Notes: generated by a model not told the origin, from the letters alone. A stretch of 14,317 bases of DNA from Candidatus Binatia bacterium (GCA_038245295.1 JBBRSP010000056.1:1-14317); one strand, 5' to 3'; positions 1 to 8,555 are shown, numbered from the stretch's first letter. Program-made: numbers and translations.

Positions 1-193
1 ACTCCCACTGAAGGTCACTTTCATCACCTTGGATGACGCAAACAGCGTCATGACCACTGGATTCTGGGTTCGCGGTTCTCCATGCGTTCCGACTGCTCGC
101 ACAACTCACCGGCCCAAGGCATCGAGAATGGAAAATCGAGAACCCTGAACGAGAACCGGCCATCCAAACTCGATGAGCATGAACTAAGGCGCC

Positions 194-326
194 CCCTCTC
201 CCACCTCGAGCGGAATCTCAGAGCGTGGGAGAGGGTCGGGGTGAGGGCCAGCATCTGAGTCCGCAGACCCAACCCTCACCCTAACCCTCTCCCAGATGTT
301 GCCGGACCGTTTGAGCTGGGAGAGGG
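194..326. repeat. Inverted doublet of boxC-like extragenic palindromes (CCCTCTCCC...GGGAGAGGG plus GGGTGAGGG/CCCTCACCC tail)
   Basis: Unit 1 at 194-247 is ccctctcccac-loop-gtgggagagggtcggggtgaggg. Unit 2 at 273-326 is ccctcaccctaaccctctcccag-loop-ctgggagaggg, in the opposite orientation. The same motif recurs at 2403-2717. The boxC name is recalled similarity, not a search result. Confidence 0.85.
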
Positions 327-491
327 CACCAGTGGCTTCCGCAGGCAGCTTTTCCAAGCCAAACCAGAATGAGCCCCGGTCAAATCATGTTCATGGGCGG
401 GAGGCCGCGTCTTTTCAGCGGCCGTCTCGAAGGGCAGTCTCGAATTTGCCGTGCAAAGCCCCTTCACTCCGACCCTGCAAAGCCGGTTAGC

Positions 492-1691
492 TTAAGCGTG
501 TTCCAACAACTCCAGCTTGCCGATCTGATTGCGGTGTACCTCGTCGGGACCGTCGGCTAGCCGCAACGTGCGTGCCCCGGCATAGGCATACGCCAAGCCG
601 AAATCGTCACACACGCCGGCGGCGCCATGCGCCTGGATTGCCCAGTCGATGACCTTCAGTGCCATATTCGGCGCCGCCACCTTGATCATGGCGATCTCTT
701 TGCGCGCTTGTTTGTTGCCGACGGTGTCCATCATGTACGCCGCCTTCAGCACCAGCAGGCGTGTTTGCTCGATGCCGATGCGGGATTCGGCGATGCGCTC
801 TAGAGTGACCGTCTGCGTCGAAATGGGCTTGCCGAATGCCACTCTGCTCTTGGTGCGCACACACATCGCATCGAGAGCTCTCTCGGCGACACCGATGACA
901 CGCATGCAGTGATGGATACGTCCGGGTCCGAGCCGCCCCTGGGCGATCTCAAAACCGCGCCCCTCGCCCAGCAATAGATTCGCGACCGGCACACGCACGT
1001 CCTCGAACAGCACCTCACCGTGGCCGTGTGGCGCGTCGTCGTAGCCGAACACCGGCAGGTGGCGCAGAACCTTCACGCCCGGCGTATCGCGCGGCACGAG
1101 GATCTGCGACTGCTGTTCGTGGCGCGGCGCGTCGGGGTTGCTCTTGCCCATGACGATCATGATCTTGCAGTGCGGGTGCACGACACCCGACGTCCACCAC
1201 TTGCGCCCATTGATGACGTACATGTCGCCGTCACGCTCGATCTTGCACTGGATGTTGGTCGCATCGGACGATGCCACCTCAGGCTCGGTCATCGCAAAGG
1301 CCGAACGAATCTCGCCGGCCAGCAGCGGCGCCAGCCAACGCTTCTGATGTTCGGCGGTGGCGTAACGCTCGAGCACTTCCATGTTGCCGGTATCGGGTGC
1401 CGAGCAGTTGAACACCTCAGGGGCAATTCCCGAGCGGCCCATGATTTCGCACAGCGGTGCGTACTCCAAATTGGTGAGCCCGGCGCCGTGTTTGCTCTCC
1501 GGTAGGAACAAGTTCCACAGATCGGCCTTCTTGGCCTTCTGCTTCAGCTCTTCCATGATCGGTGGCTGAGCCCAGCGGTCGGCCGCCACCTGGTCGGTAT
1601 AGGTCTTCTCGTTCGGATAGACGTGTTCGTCCATGAACGCCTGGAGCCGCTTCTGCAGCTCCTTCACTTTTGGTGAGAACTCAAAATCCAC
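492..1691 (-). CDS. Acyl-CoA dehydrogenase family protein (ACAD10/11-like)
   Basis: 399 aa, GTG start with GAGGAG RBS upstream. Motifs [48 protein letters not shown] and [10 protein letters not shown] are typical of this subfamily. Confidence 0.95.
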   Translation of the reverse strand: MDFEFSPKVKELQKRLQAFMDEHVYPNEKTYTDQVAADRWAQPPIMEELKQKAKKADLWNLFLPESKHGAGLTNLEYAPLCEIMGRSGIAPEVFNCSAPDTGNMEVLERYATAEHQKRWLAPLLAGEIRSAFAMTEPEVASSDATNIQCKIERDGDMYVINGRKWWTSGVVHPHCKIMIVMGKSNPDAPRHEQQSQILVPRDTPGVKVLRHLPVFGYDDAPHGHGEVLFEDVRVPVANLLLGEGRGFEIAQGRLGPGRIHHCMRVIGVAERALDAMCVRTKSRVAFGKPISTQTVTLERIAESRIGIEQTRLLVLKAAYMMDTVGNKQARKEIAMIKVAAPNMALKVIDWAIQAHGAAGVCDDFGLAYAYAGARTLRLADGPDEVHRNQIGKLELLEHA

Positions 1692-1724
1692 GCGTTGCTC
1701 CTCGTGCGTCAGCCGAGCTCATTG

Positions 1725-2264
1725 TCACGCGACGGCCGCTCGTTGGTATTTCGCGGCGCGGTGCATGATCACATCCTTGGGTGCCTCGATCGGCGGGTTG
1801 GGGTCGTCGAGAAGCAACAGCGCCTCGTCACGATCCTTTTGCCCGAGCGCCTGCGTCGTCGTGCAGAACTCGACCATGATGCCGTTCGGATCGACGGCGT
1901 AGATCGACCGGCACCAGTGGTGATCGACCTCCATGACATCGACGCCGTTGCTCAGCCAACGATTACGCCGGATGGCCAGATCGTCGAGATCCGATGCCTT
2001 GAAGGCGAGGTGATTGACCCACACCGGCAACCCTTGCGAGGTCGAGATCGCCGCCGACCAATCCTTCGGCAGTGTGTCGTCGTGCAAATCCCAGAAGGCG
2101 ATAAACTCGTCGGGGGAAATCTCATAGAAGAAATGTTTCGCCATCCCGCCCTGCTCGGTCGGCCCGGCGATCACCTTGGCCAAGGGAAAGCCGGTGAACT
2201 CGTTGTAGAAGCGATGCGTACCTTTAACGTCGCGCGTCGCGAACGCGGTGTGATGATAACCCAT
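1725..2264 (-). CDS. VOC (glyoxalase/bleomycin resistance/extradiol dioxygenase) family protein
   Basis: Start chosen at ATG 2264 (MGYHHTAFATRD) because AGGAGG lies 6 nt upstream. Paired VOC motifs HHTAF..D...T.RFY, NHLAF and SIYAVDPNGIMVEF. Ends 33 nt upstream of the acyl-CoA dehydrogenase start, so probably co-transcribed. Confidence 0.9.
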   Translation of the reverse strand: MGYHHTAFATRDVKGTHRFYNEFTGFPLAKVIAGPTEQGGMAKHFFYEISPDEFIAFWDLHDDTLPKDWSAAISTSQGLPVWVNHLAFKASDLDDLAIRRNRWLSNGVDVMEVDHHWCRSIYAVDPNGIMVEFCTTTQALGQKDRDEALLLLDDPNPPIEAPKDVIMHRAAKYQRAAVA

Positions 2265-2463
2265 GAGAAACCTCCTGCGGGACTTGGCTGGGAGTAACCT
2301 GGCAAAAATCCGCGCATTGCTCAACACTGCGTTGTGATTGGGTGGTGAGGTCATTTCAACCGAGTGCCCATGAGCCCAGTGGCCCCGCGTTGTTAGAGAC
2401 CAAGCTCCCCCTCTCCCACTTCGAATGGATTTGTTGATCGGTGGGAGAGGGTCGGGGTGAGGG

Positions 2464-2615
2464 GGCTTTGCACGGCAATTCGACGCGCAGCCAGCGCTCC
2501 GCTCACCGCAGGCTGAAGCCTGCGCCTACCACGCTGAATACGCTGGCGAATTGGAAACCGGTAGGCGCAGGCTTCAGCCTGCGGAGTCCTCCAAGGCGCA
2601 TTGCCGTGCAAAGCC
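2464..2615. mobile_element. 152-bp non-autonomous MITE-like element with 16-bp TIRs and 9-bp target site duplication
   Basis: GGCTTTGCACGGCAAT (2464-2479) and ATTGCCGTGCAAAGCC (2600-2615) are perfect reverse complements. They are flanked directly by GGGTGAGGG at 2455-2463 and 2616-2624. Confidence 0.8.
2506..2584. repeat. GTAG-tagged REP doublet (REPIN-like)
   Basis: Perfect 25-bp inverted pair ccgcaggctgaagcctgcgcctacc (2506-2530) / ggtaggcgcaggcttcagcctgcgg (2560-2584). Each unit is GTAG plus the hairpin cgcaggct-tc-agcctgcg. Confidence 0.85.
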
Positions 2616-2812
2616 GGGTGAGGGCTCGCGGCTGGGCTCGCTGGATCCGCGCGCCGACCCTCACCCTAACCCTCTCGCACGGTCTGTGGGCTCATTCTCG
2701 GTGGGAGAGGGGAGCTCGGGATTCCACAATTTCTCCGAGGAAATGACACCACTCCCTGTGAATGGCCGGCCGTTGCTTGAGTCGTCGAGCCGCCTCCGGT
2801 ACGCATCCAATC

Positions 2813-3808
2813 ATGGACTCCACCGCGTGGATGAGCTTCGGCGCCCAAGCAATGCACTACTTCAACCGGGCGCACGAAGAGGTGCGGCGCACGCCGTTGG
2901 AGACCGCCGCCGCCTGGCGCGGCCCGGAGCTTGCCAAACGTGCCGATTGGATCGACGAGCTCAGCGACGCCGACATCGAGGAGATCGAAACCGCTTGTGC
3001 CCGCGTGCAGAAGCGCGGCCTCGAGTTGGGTGAAGTCCATGCCACAGACTTCCCGCTGCCGCGCATAGCCACACGTCTGGCGGAGTGGAATCGCGAGTTG
3101 CTCGAAGGCCGTGGCTTCCTGGTGCTGCGTGGCCTGCCGGTCGAACGCTGGGACGAAGAGCAAACATCGCTGGCGTATTGGGGCTTGGGTCAGAACCTCG
3201 GCAATCCCGGGGCGCAGAACCCGCAGGGGGATCTGCTCGGACATGTGATCGACACCGGCGAGGATGCGAACGATCCGTTCATTCGGCGTTATCGCACCGC
3301 CGGCGACATCGCCTATCACTGCGATCTCGCCGATGCCGTCGGCCTGCTGTGTTTGCGCACCGCCCGACGCGGCGGTGGCAGCCGGATCGTCAGCTCGGTG
3401 TCCGTCTACAATGAGCTACTGCGACAGCGGCCGGATCTCGTCGAGCGCCTCTATGAGCCGTTCATGCTCGACACGCGTGACGAGCAAGGCGAAGGGCGCA
3501 TGCCATTTTTGCCGGTGGTGCCGTGTCGCTACGCCGAAGGCCGTCTGCGCACCTTCTACCATTCGGATTACTTCCGCTCGGTCGAGCGCCATCCCGAAGC
3601 GCCGCGGTTCACGGCGCAGGAACGCGAGCTGATGGACCTCTACGAGAGCATCGCCAACTCCCCGGAGTTCTATCTCGAGATGCAGTTCCAGCGCGGCGAC
3701 ATCCAACTCGTATCGAATCATTTCGTGTTGCACGCGCGCACGGCGTATGAGGATTGGTCGCAGCCGGAACGCAAACGGCATCTGTTGCGGTTGTGGTTGT
3801 CTCTGTGA
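2813..3808 (+). CDS. TauD/TfdA family Fe(II)/2-oxoglutarate-dependent dioxygenase
   Basis: HxD motif (YHCD), VGLLCLR, GGGSRIVSS, distal His in NHFVLHARTAY, and C-terminal RHLLRLWL. Start uncertain (2762, 2813 or 2831). Confidence 0.92.
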   Translation: MDSTAWMSFGAQAMHYFNRAHEEVRRTPLETAAAWRGPELAKRADWIDELSDADIEEIETACARVQKRGLELGEVHATDFPLPRIATRLAEWNRELLEGRGFLVLRGLPVERWDEEQTSLAYWGLGQNLGNPGAQNPQGDLLGHVIDTGEDANDPFIRRYRTAGDIAYHCDLADAVGLLCLRTARRGGGSRIVSSVSVYNELLRQRPDLVERLYEPFMLDTRDEQGEGRMPFLPVVPCRYAEGRLRTFYHSDYFRSVERHPEAPRFTAQERELMDLYESIANSPEFYLEMQFQRGDIQLVSNHFVLHARTAYEDWSQPERKRHLLRLWLSL

Positions 3809-3908
3809 ATCGCTCGAACGCTTGCCCCCGGACGACCTCCACAATAGCTTCGGCTTGTCTCACTTACGAGTCTTGAACTTCCGCCGCATCTGACCAAACT
3901 GCGCCGAC

Positions 3909-5183
3909 ATGACGGAAGCTCCGACAAGCCCATTGGACGGCAACGCCGTTGCCCTCAATCACTGGCGCACACTGCTGGCGCGCACGACGTCACCGAGCAA
4001 GCGACTCGATTTGATCCTCAGCGATCCACTGGCGCCGCAGCTCGTGCCGGCGCTGCCGGTGGAGGACTTCTACTACCTCATCAAAGGCATTGGTCTCGAC
4101 GATTCGGTCGAGCTGCTCGAGATGGCGGCGCCGGAACAAATCCGCGGCTGCCTCGATTTCGAGTTGTGGGACCGCGACAAGCTCTCCCCGCGCCGTGTCA
4201 CACGTTGGATGCAGCTCTTGTGTGAGCTTGACGGCGAGCATCTCGATGCGGCCATCGAAGCACTCGACGTCGAGCTCGTCGCCCTGCTCGTGTCGCAGAA
4301 CGCGCGTGTCTACGATCGCAGCCTCGGCGACGAGATCGTCGATGAGAGCCCCTACCTGCGCTACGAAACACCCGATACATTCTTTGTCATCGAGTTCACC
4401 GGTGGTGACAACGAGCTCACCGAAGCGCTGCTGCGGCTGATCGATCGGCTGTACCAGGCGGACCAGAGCCTTGGCCGCAAAGTCATCATGGACGCCAAGT
4501 GGGGCCTGCGCGACGAGCTCGAAGAGGACAGTTATCGCTGGCGCAACGGTCGCATGGCCGATCTCGGCTTTGTCGAGTACTACGAAGCGGTTGAAGTTTA
4601 TCGCTACCTCGACCCCGAGGAATTGCGGCGCGGCCTGAGCTCGGCGCCGACCGGCAAGATGGCCGCTAATGACGAGGTCACCCTACCGGCGCCGTTTGCC
4701 CGCCCACTCGCGGAAGAAAGTTTTCTCGGCAACGTGTTGGCGAGCATCGAGGACCAGAACATCGTCGAGTCGATCACCGCCCATATGGTGGCGCTGTTCA
4801 ACCGAGTCCTGACCGCCGACCGTGTCGATCCAAGCGACATGGAGGCGGTGCAAGAAGCCGCGGCGCGGGCCCGCGACCTGCTGTCGACGGGACTCGAATA
4901 TCTGGCGCAGCGCGACGAAAGCAGCGCCGGCCTTGTCCTGTTGCGCACGTCGCTCACCAACATCTTCCGCGCCGGCATCTCACTCGCCATCGACCAGGCG
5001 CGCCGCGCCCGCAAGCTGCGCGATGGCGGGAGCGATGACCCAAATCTCGACCCACTGCTGCAGCCCCGACCACAATACCCGCGTGGCCTCGACGAGCCAG
5101 CGGTCGCTGGCGTCCGCCCATTCCGTCGCCTCGCCGATGTTGAACGCGTTGCCGCCTACCTCGATACGATCATAGCGTCCTGA
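3909..5183 (+). CDS. DUF6178-like protein of unknown function
   Basis: 424-aa acidic, helical ORF with strong GC-rich codon bias. Segments DFYYLIKGIGLDDS, CLDFELWDRD and EEDSYRWRNGRMADLGF match my recollection of DUF6178. Confidence 0.75.
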   Translation: MTEAPTSPLDGNAVALNHWRTLLARTTSPSKRLDLILSDPLAPQLVPALPVEDFYYLIKGIGLDDSVELLEMAAPEQIRGCLDFELWDRDKLSPRRVTRWMQLLCELDGEHLDAAIEALDVELVALLVSQNARVYDRSLGDEIVDESPYLRYETPDTFFVIEFTGGDNELTEALLRLIDRLYQADQSLGRKVIMDAKWGLRDELEEDSYRWRNGRMADLGFVEYYEAVEVYRYLDPEELRRGLSSAPTGKMAANDEVTLPAPFARPLAEESFLGNVLASIEDQNIVESITAHMVALFNRVLTADRVDPSDMEAVQEAAARARDLLSTGLEYLAQRDESSAGLVLLRTSLTNIFRAGISLAIDQARRARKLRDGGSDDPNLDPLLQPRPQYPRGLDEPAVAGVRPFRRLADVERVAAYLDTIIAS

Positions 5184-5203
5184 CGCCGGCGGACGGCGAT
5201 CGT

Positions 5204-5281
5204 AGGCAAAAGGCAACAGGCAGAAAGGCACTAGGCGAAAAGGGGTTGTCCTCCTGCCTTGTGCCTTCTGCCCTTTGCTTC
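5204..5281. repeat. Inverted array of short (~7-bp) tandem repeats between convergent genes; could act as a terminator-like hairpin
   Basis: aggcaaa aggcaac aggcagaa aggcact aggcgaaa (5204-5240), followed by complementary units ctgcctt gtgcctt ctgccct ttgcttc (5254-5281). Confidence 0.75.
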
Positions 5282-5396
5282 CCGTCACCCCGAGGCACCG
5301 CAAGTGACGTTGTGAGAAGTTTCGCAACTCCCGCGAGACTTAAGAAAGTACTAACAACGTCCCTCTCCGGCGACCTGCATGGAGATGCCCTCGCTT

Positions 5397-5780
5397 TCAT
5401 TCCCCGATCGTCGCGCCCGAGTTGAGGGCGAGCCAGCCGCTGCCGATGCGATACAGGACCCACAAGCCGGTGACCACGACGATCAGCCAGGCGAGCGGAA
5501 TGCCGATCACGGTGACGAACAGGAAAATGGCCACGACGAGCCAGAGGAACGCAAACCAGAAGGTTCGGATCTGCCAGCGGAAGTGTGATTCGAGGAAGGT
5601 GCCGCGGACGGCGCTGCGTTTCGCGTAGTTGAGGATCACCGCCAGGATCGACGGCCAGCCGGTGAGGAAGGCGGTCACTACCGCTGCCGACGAGATCACT
5701 CCCATTACGGCACTGAACGCGTGCAGGCCGTAGATGACGTGTGTCAAGCGAACCAACCCTGCCGTCTTGCTGTCGTCCAT
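5397..5780 (-). CDS. Small integral membrane protein, DUF4870-like
   Basis: 127 aa from ATG 5780, with hydrophobic helices. Signature THVIYGLHA, AVILNYAKR, ESHFRWQIRTFW and LWVLYRI. Confidence 0.85.
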   Translation of the reverse strand: MDDSKTAGLVRLTHVIYGLHAFSAVMGVISSAAVVTAFLTGWPSILAVILNYAKRSAVRGTFLESHFRWQIRTFWFAFLWLVVAIFLFVTVIGIPLAWLIVVVTGLWVLYRIGSGWLALNSGATIGE

Positions 5781-6277
5781 GCCAACCAATGGATCACATC
5801 AAGAGCCCCACCTCCAGGCGGGGCCGGCTTCCGAGATCCGGCTCATCGATGGATATGAGTCTCCTCGTCTCCCAGGACCCCGTGCTTGCGGCATAGAGTT
5901 GCGAGGACATCCACGGAGCGCACGGAGCGATCGATTTGCTGTGAATCCTGTCGGGGATCCGGATGCGGGAAATCCGCAGGCCCTGCCGCCTTCCTGCCGC
6001 CGCTTGTCCGGCGAACCAGACATTGTCGGAGCGTGTGTCGGGCCTGCCGGACAATGCGCGCACATAGCGCCGTGTTTGCGTCCGTACGATCCAAATCGCG
6101 TGACCCGGCACACGAATTGCTCCCGAGAAACCACAGGCACTTGAAGGAAAAAAGTGGCGGGCCCGCCAAGCGGATTCTGCTCGCTCTTATGAACCGGTTG
6201 TTCAGTTCCCGTACCGAGGGGCTGGCTGCGCAATGATTTGCGGTAGCGCCTCCGGATTCTAATGGAGGGATTCTCGT

Positions 6278-7378
6278 ATGGCACGTGCACGTAGTACCGG
6301 ATCGACTGAGGGTTCGACGTTAGCCGCAGCAAGCAAACCTTTTTGCCGGAACCTGCCCCGGCCCGCCCCCAAGCTTGCGGACGCGGTGCTGGCCGATCCG
6401 CGGCGCTCGGCTGCGATCCTCACCGTTCGCTCGAAATGGGCGAATGGGACGGTTTTGCACTACTGCTTCTTCACCGGTAACTCACGTTACGCAGTTCCGA
6501 AGGTTCAGGCAGATGCCGTCCGTGAGGCCCTGGCGACATGGAAGGCCGTCGGAGTTGGTCTCGAGTTCAGTGAAGTCAAACAGCTGAGCGAAGCCGAGGT
6601 CCGCATTGGATATTCGACAGACGACGGGAGTTCGGCTTCGTCGGTCGGAAGGGACGTTTTGGACGTTCCTCTGGACGAACCAACAACAGTCTATGGATGG
6701 AGCCTAACGACCGCGTACGGCAAGGGTACGGCACTCCATGAGTTGGGTCACGTGCTCGGTATGGAGCACGAACACCAGAACCCGTACGCAGGGATCAAGT
6801 GGCACGAGCAGGCGGTCTACGATGCTCTGGCAAAACCGCCCAATCGTTGGGACCGTGCGACGGTGTTTCACAACATCCTTGAGAAACTCACTGCCCAGCA
6901 AGTTCAAGGTTCTGAGTGGGATCCAGATTCGATCATGGAGTACGAGTTCGAGCCGGGACTCATCGACGAGCCCGACCAATACGATGTGAACGGACTAACC
7001 CCGCCCGGGACCCTTTCGAACGCCGACAAGGAATGGGCGCTGAAGTGGTATCCGCCATTGAAGCCAAAACAACAAGCGACGCTCCAACCACTCCAATCGG
7101 TTGTCGTTGACATCGAGGCAGGTCAGCAGGTTGATTTCGTCCTCCAGCCAACCGCATCGCGCAAGTACACGATCGAGACCAAAGGTGGATCCGACACTCT
7201 GCTCGTTCTCTTCGAAGAGATAGACGGTCAGCCGCGGTACTTGTCTGCGGACGATGATAGCGGCGAAGATCGCAACGCGAGTATCACCTACAAGCTCTTC
7301 CAGGGACGGATCTATATCATAAGATGTCGCCTGTATTATCCAGGTCAAACAGGGCAGACGTCAGTGATGTATTGGTAG
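6278..7378 (+). CDS. M12 family (astacin/myroilysin-like) zinc metallopeptidase with C-terminal PPC-like beta domain
   Basis: Metzincin motif HELGHVLGMEHEHQ, Met-turn DSIMEY, and C-terminal DTLLVLFE...YLSADDDSGEDRNASI. GGAGG RBS upstream. No obvious signal peptide. Confidence 0.92.
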   Translation: MARARSTGSTEGSTLAAASKPFCRNLPRPAPKLADAVLADPRRSAAILTVRSKWANGTVLHYCFFTGNSRYAVPKVQADAVREALATWKAVGVGLEFSEVKQLSEAEVRIGYSTDDGSSASSVGRDVLDVPLDEPTTVYGWSLTTAYGKGTALHELGHVLGMEHEHQNPYAGIKWHEQAVYDALAKPPNRWDRATVFHNILEKLTAQQVQGSEWDPDSIMEYEFEPGLIDEPDQYDVNGLTPPGTLSNADKEWALKWYPPLKPKQQATLQPLQSVVVDIEAGQQVDFVLQPTASRKYTIETKGGSDTLLVLFEEIDGQPRYLSADDDSGEDRNASITYKLFQGRIYIIRCRLYYPGQTGQTSVMYW

Positions 7379-7690
7379 GCTACAAAGCCATAGCCCGGTG
7401 CGATGTGTATGCGGCTACGAAAGCGGCGTTCTTGCCGAGGGCCCTCGACGACACCGCCGATCTGGTTGCGGAGCGATCCCAAGGCGCCGATTGGGGACGC
7501 GGCCGCGATTCTCCAGACAATCCCCGCAGGAGCCATCTAACCAGTTACTGTAACCGCGGGCAGAATCACTGACCCATGACACACGCGAGTCGTGGTTGTT
7601 GACAGTTGGTTTGTCCATGTCGTATACGCGGCTCCGCTGCATTTGCCAGCGAACTACAGAGTCGTGGAACCGTTTCCGGGGGGGGACGAT

Positions 7691-8464
7691 ATGTCGACTT
7701 GGCAGTCAGTTTCTTCGCTTGCCCGTGGGCGAACTTATCCAGCGAGTTCAGCCTCTGACCCGCGGGTACCCGATGCCGGTCTCGTCAACGGCGGTGCTCC
7801 GATCACCACCTTTCTTCAGCGGTGTCACGCCGCAATTACCGAGTGCCTCCTCGAGAGATCGCCTCAGGCTGTTATCCTCGTCGATTCGAAAGGCACTATC
7901 GGTGGTTTGAATGGCCGGGCGAAGGAAATCCTAGGCCAAGGGGATGGATTGATCATCCGTCACGGTATCTTGCGATGTCGACATCAAGAGGACACGAGCG
8001 CTCTGCACCGCCTGATCTGTAACGAAGCAACAACGCCGCGGGGATTGGCGATTCGCCGACCGGTGGGACGACGGGCCCTGACGGCCTTAGTTACCGCACT
8101 ACACGGCAATGACCCTCCCGAGAGTCGGCGCTCCGTGGTCGCGGTGCTCGTCAATGATCCGGAGGATGCGCAGGCGCTTGACGCGCAGATGCTTCGAGCG
8201 TGGTACGGGCTCACGCCCGCGGAGGGACGCGTCGCCGTGTTGTTGGCCGGCGGACTCAGCCTGGCTGGGATCGTCGATTGTCTGGGTATCGGTTCAAACA
8301 CGGCACGCACCCACCTGAAGAACATCTTTGCCAAGACGAACACGTGCCGCCAAGGAGAGCTGATCCGGCTGCTCCTCAGTAATCCGGCACTTGCGTCGGT
8401 ATCAATCAGTCCTGGGACCACCGTCGGAATGGATCTCCAGAGGAACAGGCCTGCCCAAGTTTAG
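7691..8464 (+). CDS. LuxR/CsgD-type helix-turn-helix transcriptional regulator with PAS-like N-terminal region
   Basis: PAS-like AVILVDSKG...LNGRAKEIL and C-terminal YGLTPAEGRVAVLLAGGLS...LGIGSNTARTHLKNIFAKTNTCRQGELIRLL. Start chosen at ATG 7691 (GGGGA upstream); uncertain. Confidence 0.88.
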   Translation: MSTWQSVSSLARGRTYPASSASDPRVPDAGLVNGGAPITTFLQRCHAAITECLLERSPQAVILVDSKGTIGGLNGRAKEILGQGDGLIIRHGILRCRHQEDTSALHRLICNEATTPRGLAIRRPVGRRALTALVTALHGNDPPESRRSVVAVLVNDPEDAQALDAQMLRAWYGLTPAEGRVAVLLAGGLSLAGIVDCLGIGSNTARTHLKNIFAKTNTCRQGELIRLLLSNPALASVSISPGTTVGMDLQRNRPAQV

Positions 8465-8469
8465 ATACC

Positions 8470-8485
8470 TCATCCAAATGGGTGA
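8470..8485. promoter_or_regulatory. Candidate operator palindrome TCATCCA-AA-TGGGTGA
   Basis: 7-bp arms with one mismatch, 5 nt after the regulator stop codon and about 70 nt before the next ATG (8556). Confidence 0.55.
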
Positions 8486-8555
8486 TGACAGAGTTCCGCA
8501 CCCCTGCGAATGTTGCCGCGGTTACCACCCCTCACTGGAGATGGAAAGGTGATTT

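Larger units (their letters stand above)
2403..2717. repeat. boxC-like palindrome doublet interrupted by a MITE-like insertion
   Basis: Left unit ccctctcccac...gtgggagagggtcggggtgaggg ends at 2463. Right unit ccctcaccctaaccctctcgcac...gtgggagaggggagctc spans 2658-2717. Removing 2464-2624 restores the same architecture as 194-326. Confidence 0.85.

Noticed and set aside
1..51. Possible CDS start on the minus strand (MTLFASSKVMKVTFSGS) or CDS end on the plus strand
   Set aside because: Too short, and several frames are open; cannot be supported from this window.
48..490. Short ORFs containing LTPTLSH or WERG peptides (also at 2393-2746)
   Set aside because: These are translations of the boxC-like repeats, not genes.
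194..2717. Repeats as a CRISPR array
   Set aside because: The units are inverted, dispersed and irregularly spaced, and there are no cas genes.
1020..5327. Long antisense or alternate-frame ORFs (e.g. 1020-1505, 1695-2297, 2666-3319, 4604-5014)
   Set aside because: Shadow ORFs of well-supported GC-rich genes, with no motifs.
6148..6182. tggcgggcccgcca palindrome as a tRNA 3'-end att site or a minus-strand terminator
   Set aside because: The spacing from GAATCC to CCA does not fit a tRNA T-arm and acceptor stem. The stem is short, and no upstream minus-strand gene needs terminating.
5794..6332. ORFs between the membrane protein and the M12 peptidase
   Set aside because: Overlapping frames with no recognisable motif or RBS. 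A decayed gene is possible but unsupported.
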